A DNA stretch of 64,000 nucleotides from Neodothiora populina (taxonomy: Eukaryota). The position numbers were made by a program, and so were the translations under genes. This document shows, piece by piece, positions 12,650 to 25,332 of the stretch; position 1 is the stretch's first letter; each line of letters begins with the position of its first letter. The notes under the pieces were generated by a model that saw nothing but the letters and a program-made list of their open reading frames with translations, was not told the origin of the DNA and ran no database searches. Location: assembly GCF_041146345.1 (NCBI RefSeq), contig NW_027191415.1:1302001-1366000 (forward strand), in the 5' to 3' direction.

Positions 12650-13746
12650 GCATTTAGCAGCTTGGAGAAGATACATTATTGTGCTACATTACTGTAAAGC
12701 TCTAGAAGAAGGAGAGAAGAGCGATGCTGCATTAATTGGACTATCTCACAGAAGGTGTCTGTCTCGAGCAAGCTCTGGACTCGTTGAAAAGCACAGGAAG
12801 AGCTTCGTAATCCAACCGATGCTTTACTTTTCCAACTTCTTCCCCATCTTCTTCTTCTTGTTCTCTGGCCGGCCCTTGTTGTTAGTGGCTTTGCTGTGGT
12901 TTTCTTGGCTTACCGTGCTCCCGCGGATCTGTGTTGATTTGCATCGCCCTCTTCCCTTCTCCAATTCTTGCATGTCATCGAGTCTTCTGCCCTGAGTTTC
13001 TGTCATTGCTTGCTTGCCTGCCTGCCTCGCTCGTCTCTATCATAAATTACCTTACCTTCTGACCTGTAAGATCTCGTCCCCTTTGCTTTCTGTCGGTCAC
13101 CAATCGTATACACATCTATATCGCAACAACCCTGTACCTGTTGTTGTTGTTGTTGCCTACTCTTGCCCTACGTGTTCCATTTCTCCAACATCTAGATACA
13201 GTCCTGCATAACACACCTGAACACGCCGCCGCCTGCGATCGTCACCACCAACCATTGAATCGTGTCACATGATACGTAACTTGGTCTAATCGAATAAGCT
13301 ATAACAAAACCAAAAAGGCATCCGTACAACACACACAACAACACAGCACAGCAAAGCAAAGCAAGCAAGCAGAGCTGCTATACAGCTACTTGTACCTAGC
13401 TTAGCCACGCATCCTGGTCGCACTTGTTCTCCGAATCAAGGAATCTTATCGAGGTTCCCCGTCATCCGCGATAAGCTGATCCCGCCCTCGCTCTCACCTG
13501 TTCACAATCAACCGCCCACTCGGTCAATCGCTCTTCACCTGAGCTTAGTGTATCGGTAGCTTTTTGACACTCATCTCCAACGGGCAGCCGCCGACGAAAC
13601 TGACGACTGCAGTGTCGCTGTGTGTCTTTTGTCATTGTCGACCCACCGTCTTGACGCCTGCGCATGCTATACTGAGGTAGCAACAACAAACAAACGATCC
13701 ACAGCCCTTCTGATCTGCTGCACCCAAACACAAAGGCTAGGGAAAG

Positions 13747-16700
13747 ATGCATGGAGCGACTGGAGGAGAGGCTGCTGCCGAGCTAAAACAGCAGGGCGCC
13801 TTCGAGGCTGCTCGCGACCCGCAAAGCAATGTCACCGCCGAAGAGGCGGAGAGGAAAGCAGTAGCGGAATCTAGAAGAGCCGGTGCTGCCGTCTTTGCAT
13901 TCGACCCTGACGCTTCGGCCGAGGAAAAGGCCAAGCAGGCCAAAGCCGTGAGTTTTCTTTGCTGATTCTGTTAGTCGGTCACTCACCCTCTCTCTCTCTC
14001 TCTCTCGCTAGGCTCTCCCTCCCGAACTCCAACACATCCGCAAGCACCAGAACGCCGCACTGCTCTCGGACCAGGATGGTGGAAAGCCCGAGTACAATCT
14101 CACCACTGCGTCCAGAGACGCCGCTGCCGCTCTCCCTGCCACTCCCTCGTCCACCACTGCTCCAACCGCCAACGGGCTGATCCAGGATGAGGACGAATGG
14201 GGGAAAGTTGGATGGGAACCCCGCTTCGGGAACCCTGCCGACAAGGAAGAGGAGACGTACGTCGATCACCAAGATTACCTCGAGGGCAAGATCCCGGACA
14301 AGTTCTTCGGCGACTGGTACCAGAATGCCGCCGTCATCGTCTTTGCCTGCCTTGCGTCGTATGTCGTGGCCATTCTCGGAGGAGGTCTGGGATGGATCTT
14401 CATCGTCATGGCCTGCTGCGGCACATACTATCGCACCTCGCTCCGGAGAGTGCGGAGGAACTTCCGCGACGACATCAACAGAGAACTGGCCAAGTCGAGG
14501 CTGGAGACGGACAATGAATCGCTCGAGTGGATCAACAGCTTCCTCGTCAAGTTCTGGCCCATCTACGCCCCCGTCCTCTGCGCCACCATCATCAACAGCG
14601 TCGACCAGGTCCTGTCCACGTCGACTCCCGCCTTCCTCGACTCGATGCGCATGAAGTTCTTCACTCTCGGCACCAAGCCCCCACGTCTCGAGCACGTCAA
14701 GACGTACCCCAAGGCCGACGACGACATCGTCCTGATGGACTGGAAATTCAGCTTCACCCCCAACGACACGGCCGATCTGACCGCTCGACAGGTCAAGAAC
14801 AAGATCAACCCCAAGGTCGTGCTCGAGGTGCGTGTGGGAAAGGGCATGGTCAGCAAGGGTCTGGACATCATCGTCGAGGACATGGCCTTTTCCGGCCTCA
14901 TGCGCGTCAAGGTCAAGCTCCAGATCCCCTTCCCACATATCGAGAGAGTCGAGGTCTGTTTCCTCGAGCGACCCGTGCTTGATTACGTGTGCAAACCTCT
15001 CGGTGGTGACACGTTCGGTTTCGACATCAACTTCATCCCTGGTCTCGAGTCCTTTATCCAGGAACAGATCCATGCCAACCTCGGTCCCATGATGTACGCT
15101 CCAAACGTCTTCCCCGTCGAGATCGCCAAGATGCTTGCTGGAAACCCCGTCGATCAGGCCATCGGTGTGCTGCAGGTCACTTTCCACGGTGCCAGAGGGC
15201 TGAAAAACCCCGACAAGTTCTCCGGCACTCCAGACCCCTACGCCGTCGTGTCCATCAACAACCGTGAAGCTCTGGGTCGCACCAAGACTGTCACGGAGAA
15301 CGCCAACCCTCGCTGGAGCGAGACTGTGAATGTGGTCATCACCAGTCTCAAAGATGCCCTCACCCTGCAGGTCTTCGATTACAATGATTTCAGAAAGGAC
15401 AAGGAACTCGGCACTGCCACCTTTGCTCTGGATCAGTTCGAGACCGAGAACATCCACGAAGGCCTGGCTCTTGAAGTCATGGCCAATGGTCGTGCTCGTG
15501 GTGTCATTCTGGCGGACATCCGATTCTTCCCCGTGCTCGAGGGTGTGACGCTTCCTGACGGCACCGTCGAGCCTCCTCCCGAAAGCAATACCGGTATCCT
15601 CAAATTCACCGTCGAAAGTGCCAAAGAGCTCGATGGCAGCAAGAGCATGATCGGGCAATTGAGCCCTTACGCCGTTCTCTTGCTCAATGGCAGAGAGGCC
15701 CACATCTCCAAGAAGCTCAAGCGAACCAACAACCCCATCTGGCCTGACGCCACAAAGGAAATGCTCATCACAGATCGTAAGAAGACGAAACTCGGCGTCG
15801 TCATCAAAGATGATCGAGATCTCGCTGCCGATCCTATTCTCGGCACGTATCAGCTCAAACTCGACGACATATTGGAACTGATGAGCAAGGGCCAGGAGTG
15901 GTACAACCTGGCAGGCACCAAGACCGGCCGTGTCAAGATGATGGCGACATGGAAGCCTGTCGCTCTGTCTGGCTCTCTCGGAGGATCCGGAGGGTACATC
16001 AAACCCATCGGTGTCATGCGCTTGCACTTCAAAGGTGCCAAAGACCTCAAGAACCTTGAAGCCATGGGCAAGTCGGATCCGTACGTGCGTGTCATGCTCT
16101 CTGGTGTCGTCATGGGCCGGACCGTCACCTTCAAGAACAACCTGAACCCCGACTGGGATGAGATCGTCTATGTTCCTGTCCACACGAACCGTGAGAAGCT
16201 TTTGCTCGAGGTCATGGACGAGGAGAATCTGGGTAAAGACAGGTCGTTAGGTATGGTCGAATTGTCAACTTCGGACTATTTGCGCCAAGGCGAATCAGGC
16301 GAGTATGAAATCTACGACTCGAAGGAGGTCCTTACCCACCCCCTGCGTCTCGGCCCTAAGAGTCCGCCAAAGGGCGTTCTCACTTACACGGCCTCTTTCT
16401 ACCCTGCCCTCAATGTCGTGGACCCCGAAGACGAGGAATCGGAAGCTGGCAGTATTCGTCGTCCTAGCATTGACTCGCGCAAGAGTGGAGAGCTCCAGCC
16501 GCGCAAGAGTGGCGAGAGTCTTGCTCCGAACGGTCGTGCTAGGAGTAACACGGGCGGAACATCAAGCTCTCTCAAGCCTCCTGCCTCGCCCGGAACAGAC
16601 ATGATGAGAGCACTCGAGAGTAATCAGGCTGACCAGGAGAGCATTCCGGACGGCGTCAGTGTCCGCAAAGAGGTTCCCAAGGTGAAGATCACGGTGGACG

Positions 16701-18557
16701 ATCTGCAACAATATGGTAGGAGATCCGAAATTTACTCTTTCATTGATACATTGACTGACTATCTGCGCAGAATCTGGACTGTTCGTCTTCAAGCTCATCG
16801 AGGGCGAATTTTCTTCTCAAGGATGCCATGTCGAGATTCTCATCGACGACAATCTCTTCCCGTCCTACAGTTCCGCTAAAGCCAAGGCGAAGCAACACAC
16901 GTTCAACGAGAGTGAGTTTTTCCAAGGTGCAACAAGAGCAGAACATGCTGACTGTTTTTTCTCTAGTCGGCGATGCCATGGTCCGCGAACTTGATCTCTC
17001 CAAGATCACCCTTCGACTCGTCGAGGAGGTTGACAACAAGGGAGATGACGAGGACAAACATGTCAAGGCTAAGCTCACCGGCAATACGCTCGACGTCCTG
17101 AGGAGATGTTTGGTAAGTCTTGACTGTAATCATGTGGCATGACGACAAGAACTAATAAAACAATGCAGTACCAACCGACTGTGCTCACAATGAAAGACAG
17201 CCAGGGTCGCGATAACAAGATTACGGTCGAGGCAAAGTATCTTCCCGTAAAAATGCAGCTCGACCCGTCCGAATCTCTGAACAACCAGGGTAACCTGAGG
17301 GTGGAAGTACTCGATGCTGCTGATCTGCCTGCGGCTGATCGCAACGGATACTCTGACCCATACTGCAAGTTCCGCCTGAATGGCAAAGATGTCTTCAAGA
17401 CAAAAACGCAAAAGAAAACGCTTCACCCTGCGTGGAACGAGTTCTTCGAGGTGCCTGTCAGATCGAGGACGGCAGCCAGCTTTGAGCTCAGCGTCTTTGA
17501 TTGGGACTTTGGCGACAAGGCCGATTTGCTCGGCAGAGCTGTCGTCGACCTCACTGCTTTGGAGCCCTTCCGCAAGCAGGAAGTCGTTATTGGCCTGGAC
17601 GGTAAGAGTGGTACGGTGAGGCTTAGCATGCTTTTCAAGCCTGATTATGTCACCCGCGCACGCCAAGGCTCAAGCACTATGGCTGGCACTTTCGCCGTTC
17701 CTGGAAAGATTGTGGGCGCCCCAGTCAAGGGGGTCGGAAAGGGTGCCATGTTTGTTGGTGGCACTGTTACTAAGGGTGCCAGCTTCCTTGGCCGTGGCTT
17801 TCGACGCAGAAAGTCGACAAGCGTCTCAGGCAATGGCGACAACGGCGCGGAAGACGGTGACACCATTGTCGACGAAGACACGTCAGCGCCTTTCTCGAAT
17901 GGTGCAGCGTCCGGTTCCCCGCCCTCCTCTCGTGATGTGATTCCGTCCATTGAGACCCCAGGCACACCATCTTCGCGCGTTCGTAGCAATGGCTCGACCC
18001 TGACCGGCTCACCTGTCAAGGGACGTCCTAGCTTGGCAGCCGACATGGGCACGGCAATCATAAGTGTCGTGGCTGCATCAGGCTACACGGAAGGCAAGAG
18101 AATCGAAGTGCGCGTGGCTCATGATGGACCCAGAGGTCTAAAGGAAGTGATCCGCACGAAGCCAGTCAAGGCAAAAGACGAGACTGTCAATTGGGATGAT
18201 GCTCCCGAGAAGAGGATTACCTGCACTGCCGATTCGTCGTTCAGGGTTGCAGTCAGGGAGCATCATATGGTGGGTGGAGGCAACGAGCTCGGAGAGGCCA
18301 GTTTCTTTGTCGACGACACCTCAGCCGGCGGCAGCGAAAAGGAAGTCAAGGTCGGGGCAGGATTTGTCACCCTCCGCACTCGATTCGAAGCTGGAGCTTC
18401 GTCGTCTGCGTCTCCTCCTCCTGACCTGGCCAGTGTGCCCAGCCGTGACGTTCCAGGCAGCAGAGGCAGCGCATTGGGCGCCGGTTTCGGCGGTGGCAGC
18501 GTCAGAAAGAGCTTCATGGGACGAAGAGACAGAAGCGTGACTCCAGGCGGACCTTAG
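13747..18557 (+). CDS. Tricalbin (Tcb1/2/3 family, extended-synaptotagmin-like ER-plasma membrane tether; TM hairpin + SMP + multiple C2 domains); 5 exons
   Basis: SMP start ESLEWINSFLVKFWPIY; C2 motifs GTPDPY, GKSDPYVRV, DRNGYSDPYCKF and VFDWD. Introns 13948-14011, 16716-16770, 16912-16966 and 17113-17168 are all GT..AG and keep the frame. Confidence 0.93.
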
Positions 18558-19700
18558 TCGAGTTCTTCAGTAGCAGCGACAAAACCAGCGTCGTCCATGT
18601 CGGATGGGTTCCTATCTGCCGCAGCAGTGGCACCGACGTCTGTGAACGCTTCGGCCTTTTCGGTTCCTCATCACCATGGTCACTACGACGAAGAAAGGCG
18701 TCTTCTAGAGTCTACCCACCGGCAATGGCACCCGGTGTCTTCTTCGATTCATCTTCCAAAGAGGAACAGGTCGTCAAGGGACGGATCCTCTTCTTCTGCT
18801 TCGTCGTCTTCTCAGTACTTTCCAAGGACTGTGCGAAGCACTTCTTCTGCCCATGCATTAGGTAGTGGTGGCAGCGGCGGGGAAACGGGACCGAGAGGCG
18901 CAAAGGAGAATCGAAGCGGCAGCGGTGATGTTCCAAGAGGCCGTCACCAAGACGACCACCACGAGAAGGGATCCAAACATATGCAAGGAAAGCAGCAAAA
19001 GCGTAAGACGAGACCAGATGGCAGTGATGCATTATAGTCCACAGCTATCAAGAATTGAAATAGGCAAGAGAAGTGGGATTTGTGGTCATGGATTGATGGA
19101 ACTTTTTCTTCTTTTGCTTTATTCTACTACTATAAAGTACTTGTTACCTACCTACATACCTATCTCTCTAAACATCAAGTCTGAAATGATCGAAGTATCG
19201 GAAAAAGGAAAGCTAATAATCGGTCGGGCGGCGTAGGATGAGGAAAAGAAAATGAATGACTGTATCTCTATTTCTACGTCTGCTTTGAAACTCCGCTTCT
19301 GCTGTGCTCTATACCCTCTACCGTTTTGCTATGTGCTAAGATATCTACTTTACTCTATGCTACCTGACCTGCCTGCCTACTTGCCTTCGAGAACTCACTC
19401 TATGCTATCCACATACCTGTACGTTAGCTTGAACGTCTCGTATAGCAAAGACCAAGGAATCGAAAACGCAAGTCCCGCATTTCAGAAAACGAGAACCAAT
19501 ACTTCGATCGGTTCATGGAAAGGGCATACACGTTTTCTCGAGAAGACTGGACTTCACTTCACGTAGATACTACTCTCTTGGAATTCGGCTGGTGATACAT
19601 CTGCTCCTCCCCCGGAATGGGCAAGGGGTTTATCTCATCGGACACGATTTGTGATACAGAAAAGAAAGAAAAAAGACTTATAGTCTTCCTATCTACCTAC

Positions 19701-22084
19701 CTACCGCTCTCGACTGGTGGGCGTACCATATCTAGAAGGCACATTGACGACCCCACTGCTGCCCGGTCTGCTACCACTGCCGTTCGCACTGTTGCCACTG
19801 TTTGGGAACAGGCCACCGCTACTGATCCCCCCTCCTCCACCTCCTCCTCCGCTGTTCGCACTAGCACCGACCATGCTCCGGACACTCCCGCTCCGACTCA
19901 TGTTCCCCCCTGTCCTGCCGAGAGAAGGGCCATCGCATGAGCTGCCGGGTCGTGAACTCCTTTCTCGTTCGCGCTCGCCGCGGGCGATGTGGGTGGCGAA
20001 CAGAGGCGAGGCCGAGGGCGTGAATCCACCTGGTCCTCCTCCTGTTGTTCCTGATCCGGTTCCACCACTAGCAGAAGCAACAGCAGCTGCAACGGCGGGG
20101 CTTCGTGCACGTCTCGAGCCTGACGAAGTGACCGGTGCCGAGGCGGAGCCTTGTGAAGATAATCCGTTTGCGGCGTTGACGTTTAGATGCGCCGACGAGT
20201 TCCGTCTGTCGCTTGAGGGGTTTCGTGGTCTTTGGTGGCTTTGGGTGTGAGATGGCGGTGCTGATGACAGTGGGGGCGTGAAGAAAGACGGCGTGCCTGT
20301 GCTGGCAGAGTGGCCGTGGTGGCTGGTGGTAGGGTAGTAGTTACTGTTGCTGTTGTAAGCGGACGGAAAGTACTCTTTTGGCGTCGTCGGGGGGTCGTGA
20401 GATTTACGGTGGCGCAGATCTGGTCGGGGTGGGGGCCGCATTGGTAGTGTGGACGTAGTTGTCGAGTAGTACTGCGACTGTCCTGCACCTGCCGTTGGAA
20501 GAGGTGGAGGTTGACGAGGGTGGCGAGTGGAAGCGGAGGATACAGATCCTTGTGTGCTTACCGGACGACGAGGTGATGGCGCTGGAGGACTGTAACCGTC
20601 GTCTGTCGTGTTCCAGTGAGCATAGTGATCAGATGACGAAGTAGTGGCGCCGGCAGGGGGTGGTGGACTGTCCTGCCGCGAGCCTCGTCGTGATGAACTC
20701 TGGTAAATCGGATACCGAGCTGCTGCTGCGGGATGCAATCCGCCGGTAGGGCTGTTCTGTGAACTGCCAACATAATCTCCTCTTGCTTCCCCATCATGAT
20801 GTCGGTATCTTTCGGACGGCAAGCTCTTGCGTCTTCGGTCCTCTCCAGAAGAATGGCTGTGATGGGATGAAGCAGAAGCATGATGTTTCGGAGTTGAGCC
20901 ATCCCAGAGATGAGGACTGGCTACTTGTTGCACGACCCGGGTCACAGTTGCCGCTGCCGTCTTGCCTCGTTGCACAAAAGACGTCTGTTGACGAGTATGA
21001 TCAAGTCCTGGGCGTTTGCTTGCCCGACGGACCACACTCGGTCGTCCTTCAACCGTTCGATATGGAGGATTCCGGAAGTATGCCAGAGCCTCTTGACGAT
21101 AAGAGTCGGAGTCGCTGTCTTCATCCGTGTCATACTCGTGGGGAACATGTCTTATTCGGTCCTGATGATACTTGTGGTAAGGATGCATGGGTGAGTCTGG
21201 TCTGCCGCCTTCCTCTTCATGTCTGATCTTACGCGCCTTTTGCTTATCTTCCTCTTCCTCCATGTCTCTACGTAACCATTCAGTCATGTTGTCGTACCAA
21301 CCTTGCATTGCTGCATCTGTCTCTGCAGGGAAACAAGACCGTGGTATTAGTTTTGGGAAATGGTCGTCTTTGGTACCCGGGATCTTGACGTCCCATTTCT
21401 TGACTGCGTTGCGCAGGAACTCGGCGTGCATATCCGGAGCGAGAAGCAATTGTATCGTCTGCCATAACACCCATCCTTCTAGCTTCAAGGCCGGTATGGA
21501 TGGATCCGCATAGCCAACATTATTGGCCGCCGAAGTCAGCGGCGGAGGCTGCAAACTATGCACACACCGGAGATTCTTGTAAATGAAAGCAATTGTCGAC
21601 GGTGGGGTCTCAATAAAAAGTTGATCGTAATCGCCATTGCATTCACGGTAGAACCGAGCAAGTTGTGATGGCGTCAAGTCGGGCGAGTCAGATGGTTCAA
21701 AAGTATTTCCCTATACCGTTTCAAGATGGCGTTTCAAGTCAGCATAAGTCATTTTCCTGGTTTCTGTCAAGTAATAATGAAGTAACAGAAATGAATACGA
21801 AATCATGGAAACAAATCAAAGGAAAGAAATGCATTGATTAATTTCACACCCCGTAAACGCGTCTCACGCGGTGGCGATGCGCCAAACGCCGGAAGTCATA
21901 TAAAGTGCGCGCGACATATCCAGATCAATCCAGAAGGATAGAAGAAACTCACAATTAAAGCGTAAAGCCCACGGAGCAACTGCTGGAGTTGTTCGGTACC
22001 AGTTCTATCCGAGCTGATGAGGTATCCCCAATATTCTTCCGCTTCTCTCTGTTCTGACTCTGTTGTTGTCGTTGCCGATGCCAT
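19701..22084 (-). CDS. Conserved fungal protein with N-terminal DUF7514-like domain and long low-complexity Ser/Pro/Gly/His tail; intron 21952-21711
   Basis: YWGYLI...LLRGL exon spliced (GTGAGT..TAG) in frame to LTPSQLARFY...PSIPALKLEGWVLWQTIQLLLAP. The domain name is from recall. The 3' end may carry a further intron. Confidence 0.7.
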
Positions 22085-23312
22085 GGCTGTTGTTCATCGA
22101 AGCATGAGGTAGTCCGGCTGTCGCTGCCCAACGGCGATATGTCGATGCAAACCGCTCGTTTCGTCCCCTACACAATTGAGACTCGAGGACGCCCACGAAT
22201 CAAGCAACACACACACAGGTAAAGCACACAAGGGTCACGTCTAAGAGTGCAGTGTGGCAGCTGCTGTGCGGTACTGTAGAACGCAGTACCGTGCGCCCTA
22301 CCACGGGTGATCTCCTCTGATCAAAGCGTAACGTGGGATGAACCAAGGTAATCAAAAAGGATCAAGGGAGAAGCGGTCGACTCTTTATGGAAGCTTGTCC
22401 GATCTGAGATATAGTGGTATAGTCGTGACATGCAAGTGTGAAAGCCAAAACCCAGTCCAGAATCAATCAACTGTTATAAAATCATGTATAGCGGGTGGGC
22501 TAGCGTTCTGAGTCCAAGGCAGCAGTGGCAGTAATAGTGGTGGCCGTGGCTGTACAAGTAGCTGCAGTTGTGGCAGAGGCAGCGATGGTAGAGATAATAA
22601 TTGCAGTCATGATCGCTTGCCCTCATACGCCCACTAGTTTCCTGAGATACACCGAATCGCAGTCCGACACATGGTCTCCGATGGAGCGGTGTACATATCA
22701 CACGCTGCTGCATGCACCATGTGCCCCCACGGAGTACCTTTTCCGTTCTCGTGTAAGGGAAACCGTGCCTTACGTTAGGCCAACAGCAATACAGACCAGC
22801 TATGACTTCATACTATGACAATCTTGACTTGGTATTTACACAAAACCCATGATATCCCGAGTTGCTCGCGATTTGAATATTATCCGACTCAACCAAAGTC
22901 CTACGCGACTGCGGGCCCGCCACCGCAGCCTATACATCTTGCCGCTTCACGGAGGAGACGCAGCAAACACTTCTTGGCACTCACGAACCGGCGAATGACA
23001 GATAAGATAAGAAAACGAGGGGTACGAATGACCAAATGTTTTAGGCAAGCAACTGACAGCAATAGGCAGTGACGCAAAATAACATTACCGACAACGACGA
23101 GAAATGTCACAAGATAACAGAATCAATGAGAAGTTCAAGATGTTGAACGGAATTTTGATTGGTTTGATGTGATGAAATGAAACTGGGGATATGCGCCTGG
23201 TCCGATAATATGCCATAATACAACCCCGTATTACTGCCTGTGTGGTATCTACTCTGACTTGCTCCATTCTGCTCGCTTCCTAGCTCTTCCGCCGTCCAGC
23301 GACGCGACTCGC

Positions 23313-25332
23313 TTAGTGCTCGAGAAGTCTCAGGCTGCCCTGAACAACAACGTTCTCCAGAATGGAACCCGGGGGAATGTCGATCGTGTTGCCTTCGGAG
23401 GCGACAATGATGACCGTACCCTTGAGGGTAACACCACGGCCGAGGTTGACGGGACCGGTGATGGTCAAGTGGTCAAGCTCGAGGATCTTGGGGATCGAAG
23501 GAATGCGGGACTGGAAGCTGGAAACCTTCTTGAAGTCGCCACCGAGCTTGATCAGAGGAGCAGGTCCGAAACGGCCGGGGTCGATCATCAGCTGGCCGTG
23601 CTTGAGGGTGTAGAGGTCTGACTTGACGAGCATAAGATCGGAGCAGGTCTTGACGGGGAGGAAACGACGACGGGGAACGTTGACACCGTGTGCGTTGTGG
23701 AAGTGACGGATGGCGGCACCGACGGCAGTCTCGAGCTGGACGATGCTGATGTCGGCCTCGCCCTTCTTGTCAGCAGGGATGGACTTGCCGTTGGGGATGA
23801 TCTCCATGGCGAGCTCGTTGTTCTCGACAATGCGCTTGACGGCGTGGAGGTTCATCCAGATGTTGTTGGTGTTGAAGTACTTGAACTTCTTGATGGACTT
23901 GAACTCGTTGACGTGCTCCTTGGGCACCTGGGCGATTTCGAGAAGGCGGGCCTGTCCCTCGTAGTCAATGATAGTGCCACCCTTGACATCGGCCTTGGTC
24001 TTGTCGGTCAACTCCATGATGTACTCGGCCTTGGTGTCGACCATGTGCTGGAGAATCTTGAGATCGACGACAGCACCGAGATTGTCAGCGTTGGACAGGA
24101 AAACGATCTCGACACCACGCTCGATAAGCTTGTCGAGGATGCCAGAGTTGTAGAGAGACTCGAAAACGTCACCGTGACCGGGGGGTACCAGTCAGAGAGC
24201 TGCGAGTCGTGGGACTTTGGTGCAGGAAGCAGAGAGTCCTTGAGGACGCGGGGATATCTGGATTGGTTGAAGGTCATAATGTCAATGTTGTGTCCCTCGT
24301 ACTTCTTGATGATGTTGGCAGTGTCGGCATCGGTGTTGAACGAGTTCATGAGCACGAAAGGAACGTTGACGCCGTAAGTGCGGTTGAGGTACTCAATCTG
24401 CCTGACGGAAAGATCGAGGAAGGACATGCCGTCACGGACCTCAATGACCGACTTGGGACCAACGCAACCCATCGAGGTACCGAGGCCACCGTTGAGCTTG
24501 AGCACGGCGAGCTTGTTGAGGAAGTCAACAGACTCGTCCTTTGGCAGGTCGTCGTAAGCGACAACCTGCTCAGGCTTGGGAGGAGCAATTCGAGACCACT
24601 CGATCTCGTTGCCCTTGGCCTTGTCGTTCAGGTATCTGCGGAAGAGAGCGAAGAAGTTGTCCATCTCGGTCTCGAAACGCTGCTTCTCCTTGCTGTCGGT
24701 GCAGCTGTCGACGAGCTTATTAAGGGCGTTGCGCATCTGAGAGGCAGCAACAGAGGTGGAGGTGTTCTCAAAGGCCTGTACAAATAGAGAAAAGACTCCT
24801 GTTAGCCGATTTTCCGAGGATCACTGAGACACCGAGATTGCTCAGAGCGGACTTTAGAGGCATCAAGCAATGCACCGCGAATGACCAGCAAGCCAGCCAC
24901 GCTCTACCATTTCCTAGAGTGAGCTGAGCAAGCTGAGCGAGTTGAAGAATATCATTCTCGGGAGAGGCCAGAACAGATGATGGGCTAGTCAACTGGTTGA
25001 CCTCAAGACAAGCATGCAGCTTGGAAATATGAGGTCTGTTCGTCTTTGACCAGCTCCATTGAGATGGCCCCGTATCACAAAGAATCCCTCACAAGCTGAT
25101 CAGCAGCTCAGTCAAGCTCGCTGTTTCACACTCTACCTGGCTGCAGCGAATTGCAAGAGGCATAAGGCTAGTTTAAAGAGCTTTTGCGGCGCAATAGAAA
25201 GCAGATAAGATCGGAGTAAGCACTTACAACATGGGATTGGGTCTTGCCATGGTGTCTCTTCTCAAACTCAGCAGTGCTGGGCTTGAGGTGAGTAGGAAGA
25301 GCCTCCTGGATCTTAGAGGCCATGCCGGACAT
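23313..25332 (-). CDS. UGP1: UTP--glucose-1-phosphate uridylyltransferase (UDP-glucose pyrophosphorylase); exons 25332-25228 and 24775-23313; apparent 1-nt frameshift at ~24180-24185
   Basis: [39 protein letters not shown] and C-terminal GSLRLLEH. N-terminal exon [18 protein letters not shown]...HHGKTQSHV spliced to AFENTSTS. The WYPPGHGD motif is split by a frame change. Confidence 0.95.

Noticed and set aside
13979..16183. 734-aa antisense ORF over tricalbin (also long antisense ORFs over UGP1, END3, GH31)
   Set aside because: Codon-register mirror of a strongly C-ending-biased sense gene, which depletes antisense stops; no recognisable motifs.
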